Part shown: positions 52,302 to 64,000 of the stretch, in pieces | How the letters are laid out: each line of letters starts with the position of its first letter | Numbering within the stretch: the stretch's first letter is position 1 | From: Octopus sinensis | Taxonomy: Eukaryota | Length of the DNA stretch: 64,000 bases | Direction: 5' to 3' | Assembly (NCBI RefSeq): GCF_006345805.1 | Contig: NC_043022.1 | Location: forward strand, 620,001 to 684,000 | Notes under the pieces: generated by a model | What the model was told of the DNA's origin: nothing | Database searches by the model: none | What the model saw: the letters and a program-made list of their open reading frames with translations, nothing else | Translations under genes and position numbers: made by a program

Positions 52302-52710
52302 GGCGCAAGCATGGCTGTGCGGTAAGAAATTTGATTCTCAGCCACATGGTTCCAGGTTCAGTCCCAAGTGTCTTCTATAGCCTTGGGCCAACCATAGCCT
52401 TGTGAGTGGATTTGGTAAACAGAAACTGAAAGAAGCCTGCCATATGTGTGTGTGTATATATCTATAGATGTATATATGTATGCTTATGTGCATGTGTCTT
52501 TGTTCTTGTGTCCCCCACCATCACTTGACAACCAATACTGGTGTGTTTATGTCCCTGTAACTTAGCAGTTCAGCGAAAGAGACTGATAGAATAAGTACTA
52601 GGCTTACAAAGAATAAGTCCTGAGGTTGATTTCTTTGACTAAAACCCTTTAAGGCAGTGCTCCAGCATGGCTGCAGTCAAATGACTGAAACATATAAAAG
52701 AAGAAAAGAG
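52302..52710 (+). mobile_element. SINE family A
   Basis: Head GGCGCAAGCATGGCTGTGCGG..GGTTCAGTCCC. Confidence 0.85.
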
Positions 52711-52964
52711 AGACCTTTCACATTATATCTGGCTTGAGAAGAAGACCCATCGTCAAGCTGAGCAAAATCGCAGTCATGGCAGATAGAGGTGTCGCACAAA
52801 TGGAACCCATGCCAGTGGCACATAAAAGCACCCATTACACGCTTGGAGTGGTTGGCATTAGGAAGGACATCCAGCTGTAGAAACCATGCCAAAACAGACC
52901 ATTGGAGCCTGGTGCAACCTTCCAGCTTACCAGTCCTGGTCACACTGTCCAGCCCTATATATTC

Positions 52965-53330
52965 TCTTTTCTCTTTTACTTGTTTCAATCATTTGACTGC
53001 AGTCATGCTGGAGCACCGCCTTTAAGTCAAGGAAATCGACCCCAGTACTTATTCTTTGTAAGCCTAGTACTTATTCTATCGGTCTCTTTTGCCAAACCGC
53101 TAAGTTATGGGAACATAAACAAACCAGCGATGTTGGGGGGACAAACACAGACACACATATATATACATATATACGACAGGCTTCTTCCAGTTTCCGTCTA
53201 CCAAATCCACTCACAAGACTTTGGTCAGCCCGAGGCTATAGCAGAAGACACTTGCCCAAGGTGCCACGCAGTGGGACTGAACCCAGAACCATGTGGTTGG
53301 TAAGCAAGCTACTTACCACACAGCCACTTA
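52965..53330 (-). mobile_element. SINE family A
   Basis: Homologous to 10358-10762. Confidence 0.9.
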
Positions 53331-53776
53331 TGCACATTCTAACGAACCCTATATATATGTAAAAGGATGTGTGCACCTTCATATTGAAAAACAGACATGA
53401 AAATGGAAATTTTTCTTGTAGCTAGTCCATACAGGTAAGACAGCTGCACTGGTTGAGACTGAGAATATAGAAGAAAGACACCTGTTGAGTGCGAAAGTGC
53501 TCTGAGCTGACAGTGGCAGGGGCAGGTTTCTGGCAGATGATGCCATCCAAGGAAGGAAAGGCACAGAGCAGCAGGGGGGTAACCTCCGTTTACACCCCCA
53601 CCCCCCTTCACACACCCACACAGTGATTCAGGAGCAAGGATGAGGGCTGGGATATGCTTTGCTGCAGATACATTCGTTCCAATCTGACACACTTGCTCGT
53701 GTGTAATGTTGGATGTTGCAGTGAGGTGGAAGATGCGTTGCAGGGATGAAAGAGTGGTAGTAGCGTCGGTGAGGGT

Positions 53777-53810
<34 letters not shown>

Positions 53811-53929
53811 TGCATTATAACCAATGTATATATAATATGCAAATGCATGTTCTATTAACTCACTCGTGTGCATTCCGACATATATCTTGTGTATGTATGT
53901 GGATGTGGGTGGACGTGTTTACGTGATCA

Positions 53930-54415
53930 TATTTAGATGTTTCTGCTCATATATACAATATATGTGTGTATATATATGTATGTATATTTGTACATGTGTG
54001 TATAAATATATGTACATATATATATATATGTGTGTGTGTATATGTACATATATGTATATATGTGTATATGTATGTATATTTGTACATATATGTATGCATA
54101 TTTGTACATGTATGTATGTATAAATATATGTACATGTATGTGTAGATGTACATATATGTATATACGTGTATGTACATATGTATATACGTGTATGTACATA
54201 TATGTATATATGTGTATGTACATATATGCATTTATGTGTATATGTACATATATGTATATATGTGTATATGTACATATATGTATATATGTGTATATGTACA
54301 TATATGTGTATGTACATATATGTATATATATATGTATATGTACGTAAACGTATATATGAATATGTCCGTCACCAATTGACTCAAGCCAGTACAAGGCATT
54401 CACTAACTTACGTCT

Positions 54416-54481
<66 letters not shown>

Positions 54482-54520
54482 GAGAGAGCGAGAGAGAGAA
54501 GAGAGAGAGGAGAGAGAGAT
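53930..54520. repeat. (TATG/TAC)-based ~26-bp minisatellite followed by (GA)n
   Basis: Recurring ATATATGTATATATGTGTATATGTAC unit, then an (AG)n run. Confidence 0.9.
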
Positions 54521-57500
54521 TGCTCTATTGCGACTCGTCTTTCTATTCAGTACCTTTTTTCCGGATCAGTAGTTCTTGGTGTTTTGTGTAGGTGAGAGAG
54601 AGAGAGAGAGAGAGAGATAAGATGAAGGGCGAATAGATCGTATATGTTTTTTCTTCTTCATCGACACTGCTTTACCATTCTCTCTCTCCTGCCTCTGCCA
54701 ATATTTTTCATTACTGCTTCTTCTTCCTCTCTTCTCTCTCTCTCTCTCTCTGAGACACATATTCCATTATGATAAACGAGTGACGGGCGACGGTGTGAGG
54801 CGAGTGAGCTGAACTGAGACGACGGTGATGAGGGATGCTGACGACGACGACGGCCGCGGTGGTGGTGGTGGTGATGGTGGCGGTGGTGATGACTACGAGA
54901 ATCAGCAGCAGCAGCGATGGTAGTTGAATATTTATTGATAGATAAAATGGTCTCCATATTCTGATATGGTCGAAAGAGAAGGAAGAATGCACATTACATA
55001 CACACATACAGGGACACTGTTGCCTATATACATACATATATATATAGAGAGAGAGAGAGACAAAGAGTTAGATATACACACAGTCGTATATGTTAATTGT
55101 TCTTTTCAAATATGGATGCATATTGATACATACATAGACATAGATAGAGATAGATAGCCATATATGAATATGTATGGGTGAATGTATTTATGTGTGTGAC
55201 ACACACAGGCGCACAAACCAAATGAAATGACAGCAGATGGCTTCGTGCTGGTTGGAGTGGAATGGTGCATTAGAAGATACTCTGACTTTCTATCTACCCT
55301 TTCAGGACCCACAATTTTATGTGTGTGTGTTATTTAGTAATAATAAATTATGATCTGATAATAAATTTGTACTCAACGAAATCATTTGATTTATGTGAAA
55401 TTGTTTTTGTTATAACGGAAAAACATACATACATACATACATATATATATATGTGTGTGTGTATGTATGTGTGTGTGTGCGTGTGTATGTATGTATGTAT
55501 ATATGTGTGTGTATATATATGTGTGTATGTGTGTGTATATATATGTGTATGTGTGTGTATATATATATATATGTATGGGTGTGTGTGTGTATATATATGT
55601 ATATGTGTGTATATATATATATGTGTGTGTGTGTGTGTATATATATATGTATATGTGTATATATATATGTGTGTGTGTGTGTGTATATATGTAATATATA
55701 TATGTATATAGCACAATGCATATACAAATCTACATACGCGATCCTACAACCAAAGATATAATTGATTTCTATACCCTTGAACACCCCCGTTGGCTGTCCC
55801 CTGCTCGCTCCCGCAAAGGGTCCATTAATTTACGAAGCAGCTATTACAGCTTGTTACGAACTATATACATGACAGACGGAGGGGTCCCGAGGCAGCCCTT
55901 GTTTTATTGCTATCCATGTTATTAGTAGCACTGCGTGTGTTTACCGCTTAGTAGGAAAGTTGTTGAAGCACCCACCACCACCGAAGGGAGGAGGGGGTCT
56001 GTCCGAAAGACAATCGATCCTGCTTCGATATGTATCAACAATATCTATGTGGATGCATGTATACCTCTATTTATTTGTGTCTTTGCCTGTCTGTCTGTCT
56101 GTATGTATGTGTCTATATATCTATCTATATCTATCTATCAGTGTCTGCCTCTCTATATCTATCTATCTGTCTATCCATCTATCTATCTGTCAATCCATCT
56201 ATCTATCTGTCTGTCTATCTGTCTATCTATCCATATGCCTCTCTGTATATCTGTCTATCTATCTATCTACGCGTATGTAATGTATGTTCACCCCCCCCCC
56301 ATTATCGTATGTCAGTGTACGTTTGTAGTAATACAATGTGTAGCCTACATCTGTAGCATTTAGTTGTGTTGTAGTAGTAGTGGCAGCAGCAGCAGCGTGC
56401 TTCCTATTTTTATACATATATGGCTCTAGATGTGCCTGTGACTGATTTGATTGTGGGTGTGTACGTTTGTGTCTGTCTGTGTATGTATACATATATGTGT
56501 GTGTGTATATGTATGTATGTGTGTGCATACACACGCAGATGTATGTGTGTGTGTGTATAAATCGTCCCATACTCGCGAGTTTTTAAACGACTGTTCAATC
56601 TTGAATGCTGTCTTATAGAATACCCTGTGTGCGCGCGAGAGTTTATTTACGGGATTCTTGGGGGTCTCTCTCATATGTGTATATATATATATAAATAATG
56701 TGGTGTGTGTGTGTGTCTTTGCCATTAACAATGTGTATGAGTGTACTCACACACGTCAGTATATTGCTCACTAGACGTACCTCACCTTTCGCCAGCCTTC
56801 ATTAAGACAGGCACTCGCATACCTGTTGGTAGAAGGTGTCTTGGTTGGTCTAATCGAGGTGTTATTTCATCGTACAATTTACAAGCAGATCAACTAATTG
56901 GGAATTAGTTGGCGGGGTTTTGGGCCTCGCAGTGTCAGTGTAATAGAGAAAAATAAATATCTTTCTATTTATTTAACCTTCGGTAATTCATCTGCAAATC
57001 CCGACTTCTGTTTAATAACTTATTTTATTTGTGTATTTATATATTTCGGATTACGTATTCCAAATGTATAACCTCTTTGCCGAACCCTCCCCCCATTCTC
57101 TTATTTTCTACATACGTTTACACACGCCATACACATATACACCACACACACACCACACACACGCGCGCGCGCGCGCGCATACATACATAAGAGTCGCGCG
57201 CAATAAGGCCGCCCTCTCTCTTTCTCTCATCGGTGCCTCTTTACATGTTAGAAATAGCAGCCAAATACTTCTCAAATCTCCCTCCCTCCCCTTCTCTCTC
57301 TCTCTCTACTTTGTTTTCAATTAAAAAGAAATAAAGGAAATCACGAAGGCGACACATCAAATAATAGTCTTGGACATACTGTTTGTTTGTTTGTTTTTTT
57401 CAAACAAGGGCGGGACGCTCATGGCTGGAGCGCTATTGGTTATACCGTGTATACTTAGCCAGGCCAAACGACCCGAGACACGTACATAATTACGCGCGCG

Positions 57501-59199
57501 CGCTCACATGCGCAGACACGCGCTGAAGACGCAGTCACTCTACTGCTAGACATAGCAGCCAAATAACCCCTTTAAAAAACAGCTAAAAACATTTGTGTTA
57601 TGCAGTGACAGGATGGTCACGACTGGAATGCTTTTGATAATCAGCCTCGATCATTGATCGGATGGGGGGGGGCAGAGCTACGTATAGGGAACGAAACGTA
57701 ATAATATAAAGTAAATGAATGAATGAATGAATGAATGGTGGGGGGTGTGAGGAACGGGGGGGGGAGATTAGTCGAAGAATTCTGACATGGCAGAAGGAAG
57801 GGAAGAAGAGAATGGTTTCTTTAGGAATTGGTATTGATTTTAGTTTATTTCTTCTAAAAATACTTACGATAATAGTAATGATGATGATGATGGTGGTGGT
57901 GGTGGTTAAATTCTTTGTGGAACTTCCCTAATTATTTGCTTCTGAAAAAAAATAAAAAAGGAAACATTTTATTATTTTCCTTTTGAATGGGATGAAGTGA
58001 ATGCAACAAACGGTGGTCGTGTGTGTGTGTGTGCATCTGTGATTTCTCCATTTTCTTTCTCTGTGTGTGTGGCTGTATAATTTTATCTAATGATTCTTCG
58101 TGGGGGTTTTTTTTATCCTTTTTTGGTGTTGTTGTTGTCATCCCTTGGTTGTTAATAAAGTAAACTTATTATTATTATTATTATTACCTGTGACGCACTG
58201 GCTGGTGCGAATAAATGGTGGCTGTTGTTTATTATATTATATTATGCTATATAAGAACGAAATCCTTGCCTGCTGCGCCAAACGATGATGTCAGCCGGGT
58301 TCACACACACACACGCATCTCACGAACTATCCTTCTACCTCTCTACCTACCTATCTTCCTCTCTACCTACCCATCTCTTTATATTGTCTCTCCATCTCCA
58401 TCTATCTTTCAATTTATATCATCGATATATCTGTCTGTATGTCTCTCCACCTATCTTTCACTTTATCCATCCATATGTCTATATTTCTGTCTATTTGTAT
58501 CTTAACCAGATCTCTATCTATTCATCCGGCTATCTGTCTATTTCTTTGAGAGAGAGAGAAAGATGAAAATATTCATTTCTTTCATCCTTATCTCTCTCTC
58601 TCTCTCTCTCTTGTTTCTCACCTTTACTCCCTCCTTACCTATTTTCCTTAATTAATCTAACATTATCCTTTTCCTCCTCCTCCTCCTCTCTTTCCATCCA
58701 ATCTTGCTTTATCTCTTTCTCTTTGCCATGGACACCACCATTCTCTCGTTTCACGCCTCTCATTCTGCGACTATAAGCCTGCTGTATCCCCCCCACCGCA
58801 CCCCCCCTCGTCATCACTTCTAACATTGTCATCTTTGGATTTCACTCGGGGTCACATTCCTCTGACAGTCGCAGTGTCTACTCATTTTCCCCTCAGGTCT
58901 TTTCTTCCACTGTAAACATAGCCCTACAGCATAAAAACAAGATTAATTTCGTTAATGTCAGAATGTGGAGATGGCACAACTTAGAGGTGTGTGAATTGTC
59001 ACATCAGCCGCTTCATACAGATCTGTGTGTGTGTGTATACCAAAACAACTTTAAAGTCATTTTTGCTTCTCTCCTTGTAAGAGTACAGTAAACACGTAAT
59101 GTGTGAAAAATTTTTCAGTTTAACGTTAACTTGTTTTATTATAATTCAATATAAAACATGCATACAGATGTGTATATGTATGTAGATATATGAGAATCG

Positions 59200-59557
59200 A
59201 AATCAATCAACATCAATGGAATTTGTAGCTGTGATACCAGTGCCGGTGGTACATCAGAGAACCATCCGATCATGGCCGTTGCCAGTGCTGCCCCGACTGG
59301 CCTTGTGCCGGTGGCACGTAAAAAGCACCATCCGATCGTGGCCATTGCCAGCCTCGCCTGGACTCTGTGCCAGTGGCATGTAAAAAGCACCCACTACACT
59401 CACTGAGTGGTTAGCGTTAGGAAGGGCATCCAGCCGTAGAAACATTGTCAGATCAGACTAGAGCCTGGTGCAGCCTTCTGGCTTCCCAGACCGCAGTTGA
59501 ACCGTCCAACCCATGCTAGCATGGAAAGCGGACGCTAAACAATGATGATGATGATGA
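59200..59557 (+). mobile_element. SINE family E, CpG-rich young copy
   Basis: GGCACGTAAAAAGCACC motifs; tail GGACGCTAAACAATGATGATG. Confidence 0.85.
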
Positions 59558-60235
59558 GAAGTAACGTTTGTTGTCAGTTAAACATGGCTGTTCCATAGGA
59601 ACCAACGTTACTGCTATTTTAAAGTAAAGGAGGATGCCTCCATCCATTTGGTTATTCGATGCAGCCTGCACTTGGTATATATTGCAAGCAAGGGAGTGAA
59701 CCCTTATCATCTTGCAGCCACAAGATCACTAGACCGTACAGTTTCAACCTCTTTGTGGTCATCCTTAGTGTTAGATACTCGTCCTCTAGAAACAGCAGTA
59801 GTTCATTCCAGTTCACAATATATAGAAATCCAGTGACGCACAATACATATATGGACAGTTAGTTATAAGGGATTATCTAGTCAGGCAAAATGCTGCTTAG
59901 TCTCTCTCCTAATACAAATGCACCAAGCAAACAAAGTTTTCAGGTTGCTATAGAAATCCAGGTAATCTTCAGACAAGATCCTGGGTTGAAGTCCATTCCC
60001 AGTTGACTTTGTAAATCCATTCTTGTATTCCCCAGGTGTGTTTCAGAGTGATATACAAGGAAAGTCACAAATAATAGGCTTTACATATTTATCTCTTTGT
60101 ATTTATAAACACACTCATATAAGTACAAGCATTGAGCTGTCTTTACAAGCTTCTTCTCATCACTCTATAACACTTCTGCATGTATATTAAAGAATTTTAT
60201 CTTAATTATTCTTTCATTATAATAGCAACTTTGTG

Positions 60236-60740
60236 AAGGCACATGGCTCAGTGGTTAGAGCATCGGGCTCACAATCATGAGGTAGTGAGTTCAGTTCCCA
60301 GATCAGGCTGTGTGTTGTGTTCTTGAGCAAGACACTTTTTCATGTTGCTCCAGTTCACTCAGCTGTAGAAATGAGTTGTGATGTCACAGGTGCCAAGCTG
60401 TATCGGCCCCTTTGCCTTTCCCTTGGATAACATCAGTGGCATTGAGAGGGGAGGCTGGCATGCATAGGCAACTGCTGGTCTTCCATAAACAACCATGCAG
60501 GGACTTGTGCCTCGGAGGGTCACTTTCTAGGTGCAATCCCATGGTCATTCATGACTGAAGGGAGACTTTACCCTCTACCCTATATATATATATAATGGTG
60601 TGGAGAGGGGAAGCTGGTATGCATGGGCAACTGCTGGTCTTCCATAAACAACAGTGCCTGGACTTGTGCCTCAGAGGGTCACTCTCTAGATGCAAACCCA
60701 TTGACATTCGTGACCGAAGGGTATCTTTATCATTTTACCC
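60236..60740 (+). mobile_element. SINE family B followed by a duplicated 3' part
   Basis: Full copy at 60236-60580; 3' half repeated at 60597-60740 after a (TA)n spacer. Confidence 0.85.
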
Positions 60741-60884
60741 TTATAACAGCAACTGCAATTAAAATTGGCAGAAAATGTGAAATTTGAAGCAATGTTAGTG
60801 TGAAATGTTAGACTTATTGGTTATGACTATTGTTATTAATTATTGTGTGTGTGTGTGTGTGTATATATACACAAGCACACACTT

Positions 60885-61272
60885 TTATTCTTTTACTTGT
60901 TTCAATCATTTGACTGTGGCCATGCTGGGGCACCATCTTAATGGTTTTTTTTAGTCAAACAAATAGATCTTAGGACTTTAAAATTTTTTTTTAAGCCTAG
61001 AGCTTATTGTATCGGCGGTCTCCTTCGCCAAACTGCAAAGTTATTGGAATGTAAACACACCAACACCAGTTGTCAAGCAATGATGGGGGGGGGGACAAAA
61101 AGACACACACATACATATGATGGGCTTCTTTCAGTTTCCATCTGCCAGATTCACTCACTAGGCTTTGGTTGACCCAAGGCTATAGTAGAAGATACTTCTC
61201 CAAGGTGCCACACAGTGGGGCTGAACCCCCCAGAACCATGTGGTTGGGAAGCAAACTTCTTACCACACAGCC
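60885..61272 (-). mobile_element. SINE family A
   Basis: Homologous to 10358-10762. Confidence 0.85.
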
Positions 61273-61999
61273 ACATATATGTGTATCACTTTATTAACCA
61301 GACTATCAGATGTTATACATCATTGGCCAGTCCATTGCAGAGTTACTCATTTTTGCCAGCGGAGTGGACTGGAGCAACATGAAATGAAGTGTCTTGCTCA
61401 AGAACACAATGCATCACCTGGTCCAGGAATTGAAACCACAATCTTATGATCACGAGTCCCACACTAACCACTGAGCCATGTGTCTCCACTAAGCCGTTTT
61501 CCATGCTGGCATGGGTTGAATGTTTCAACAGGTGCTGTAAAGGCCAGGAATTGCACCAGGTTCCATAGTTCGTTTTGGCGTAGTTCCTACAGCTGGTTGC
61601 CATTTCTAACATCAACCACTTTACAGAGTGCACTGGGTGCTTTTTTTTTTATGTGGCACCAGTACCAGTGCCTTTTACGTGGCACTAGTCCCTCATTATT
61701 TTGATTATAACTCCTTCATGGGCTTATATTAACTACAGTTTCACAAAGCCTCAGATTACATCAGCAAATGTATTTTCTGCTGTTTCAACACAGGAACAGA
61801 AGTTTCCGCCCAGACGAATGACTAAAACTGTATTGATCACTGAGGAGGTGGAATCATGCCAAAACACATGTCTAGCAGTTCACTGATGTCATTTTCAGAG
61901 TCTGGTGTGATGTTTTTACACACAAATTCTATAATGAAAAATTTCATCTCTAAGATGAGAGTCCCACAGTAAACACAATTTTAATGTACTGGAGTGTGT

Positions 62000-62380
62000 T
62001 AAATATAAATGTACAGAGAGCGCAAACCTCTGCCAAGGCAACACCAATGTCCTCTCAACGATTAGCCTGATGCTTTTTTAAAATGAGAATAACTGAAATA
62101 AACTCGACTTCTCTCACAAATGAGAATACTGAAAATGAACCCGACCACTCTCAACAATTAAGTAAAAAAACAAAAAAACGGAGAAATAATCCAGAATCCT
62201 TGTCTGGTACTGGATCAATCCCAAAATCTAATCAGTTTGTGCCAGACACAAGGCCGAACATCCCTGAAAGTTTCATCCGAATCCATCCAGCAGTTCTTGA
62301 GATATGTTGTCCACGGATTAACAAACAAAGAAACACGACTGAAAACAATACCTCCGCCTTCGCTAAGGCAGAGGTAATAA
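62000..62380 (+). mobile_element. Helentron-associated (HINE/DINE-1-like) non-autonomous element
   Basis: Subterminal ACCTCTGCC (~62026) inverted to GGCAGAGGT (~62368); terminal hairpin ACCTCCGCCTT-cgct-AAGGCAGAGGT. Confidence 0.5.
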
Positions 62381-62400
62381 AGACACACACAGACACACAC

Positions 62401-62442
<42 letters not shown>

Positions 62443-62844
62443 TTCTCTCTCAGTTTATTGAGTGTAGACCACCAGACAAGCTATAATCCAGTTTTGCAGT
62501 CCATCAAATTGCAAATGGATTCACCAGATTGAAGTTGATGAATCCGTTTGAGATTCAATGGATCGTTGAAATGGATTAAATGTTGTCCATCTGGCTGAAC
62601 TCAATAATCTCTGTCTCCACCCAACCATTGTTGAGTAGTCCTCGGTTGAATATTGAGTGTAGTAAGCTTTCTGCTGATAATACCCTAGCTATCTGGGTGG
62701 GTGGGTGGGTGTGTGTGTGTGCATTTATCTAGATTTTAAAATGTATCAGCTTACACATTGCACACATAAGTTTATGCATCAATAAAATAGCCAAAAATGC
62801 ATGCATGCACGCACACATGCACCTGCGTACATTCGTACAAACAT

Positions 62845-62896
62845 GCGCAAAGCCTTGTGAGTAGATTTGGTAGATGGAAACTGAAAGAAGCCTGAA

Positions 62897-62927
<31 letters not shown>

Positions 62928-63175
62928 TGTATGTATATGTGTGTGCATGTCTTTCTTTCTGTTTGTCCCCCCTCCCCATCGCCACTTGACAGCCAGTGTT
63001 GGTGTGTTTTCATCCCCATAACTTAGCAGCTCAGCAAAAGACCACCAATGGAGTAAGTACTAGACTTTAAAAAAATAAGTCCTGAGTGTTGATTTGTTCG
63101 ACTGAAACCCTTCAAGGCAGTGCTCCAGCATGGCCACAGTCAAAATGACTGGAATAAGTAAGAAAAGAAAAAAAG
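62845..63175 (+). mobile_element. SINE family A lacking its head
   Basis: Body and tail homologous to 27105-27472. Confidence 0.8.
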
Positions 63176-63522
63176 AATGTGATGTTGATACACACACACA
63201 CCATCATCATCATCATCATCACTATTTTAGACCCATTTTTCATGCATGAATGAATTTGGCAGCCCTCTATGGAAAACATAGAAACCTATTTCTATATAAA
63301 ATACAGCTTGTCTAAGAGAATAAGTTTAGGGCAGTGTATCTCAATCCTTTTACCCTTGCCTAACCCTTAAAATAAATTACAGGTCTCACAAAAACAATTA
63401 TATACCATATCTTTCTCATATTCTTTCATTGTAGTTCACGTGGTAAATATCATATATATAAATGTATGTAAAGAGTGTCCATAAATTACAAGCGGTGTTG
63501 GGGGTACAAACACAGGCACACA

Positions 63523-63565
<43 letters not shown>

Positions 63566-63589
63566 TATATATATACATACATGTATAGG

Positions 63590-63731
63590 ACGGGCTTCTT
63601 TCAGTTTCCGTCTACCAAATCCACTCACAAGACTTTGGTTGGCCTGAGGCTTATAGTAGAAGACACTTGCCCAAGGTGCCAAGCAGTGGGACTGAACCCG
63701 GAACCGTGTGGTTGGTAAGCAAGCTACTTAC

Positions 63732-63735
<4 letters not shown>
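63590..63735 (-). mobile_element. SINE family A, 5' half
   Basis: Head and body homologous to 10600-10760. Confidence 0.85.
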
Positions 63736-63766
<31 letters not shown>

Positions 63767-64000
63767 GTGTAAAAAAAACAAAAAACACAAACTGGGACAA
63801 GAACGCAAAACATTTAGAAGACGATACAAAAAACACGGACGGGACATTCGAAGCCTTCAATCTTCAGTCAAGAACAGGATCATCCTCGCAATTTCGGCTG
63901 ATTAATCTTGATATATATATATATAATCTTATATATATATAAAATCATCATCGTTTAACATCCATTTTCCATGCTGACGTGGGTTGGATGGTTTGACAGG

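Noticed and set aside
53422-53434. 13-nt microexon candidate (TTTTCTTGTAG..CAG|GTAAGA)
   Set aside because: Length is not a multiple of 3, no host gene is known, and such motif pairs arise by chance
53339-53848. 169-aa minus-strand ORF in unique GC-richer DNA
   Set aside because: Starts in a (TG)n tract and shows no domain motif
639-56731. Dozens of [12 protein letters not shown]-type ORFs in the track
   Set aside because: Translations of dinucleotide and tetranucleotide microsatellites, which lack stop codons
59862-59883. Minus strand TGACTAGATAA.., miR-279-like seed
   Set aside because: No complementary arm nearby to form a pre-miRNA hairpin
59940-59985. Minus strand CTGAAGA...GAAA
   Set aside because: Neither stem I nor stem II pairs
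63845-63875. Minus strand CTGAAGA-TTGAAGGCTTC-GAAT in a repeat fragment
   Set aside because: GAAT instead of GAAA and no stem I

Overview
Animal, AT-rich, repeat-dominated non-coding DNA. The SINE/MITE families look like Octopus (cephalopod) repeats; this is from recall, not a search. No convincing host protein-coding exon, tRNA/rRNA gene or CRISPR array was found, and nearly all ORFs in the track are microsatellite artefacts. The window holds long (TA)n/(CA)n/(TATG)n/(GATA)n tracts, many copies of about 7 SINE families, piggyBac-like and hAT-like MITEs, an internally deleted DD37D Tc1/mariner element and a LINE RT relic. The main signal is a dense set of type I hammerhead ribozyme (HHR) motifs: about a dozen intact or decayed copies from several unrelated sequence families, mostly next to microsatellites. 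Two lie downstream of Penelope-like (PLE) GIY-YIG endonuclease coding fragments (12882-13559 and 18151-18336). The best is a young retrozyme-like insertion at 44703-45347: 353-nt period, a fully canonical HHR and a 155-bp inverted duplication. Three unrelated families share the same polarity of inverted duplication. The long PLE ORF is open, has no RT and lacks the Arg/His-bearing segment after YIG. Repeat boundaries are approximate unless TSD/TIR positions are given.
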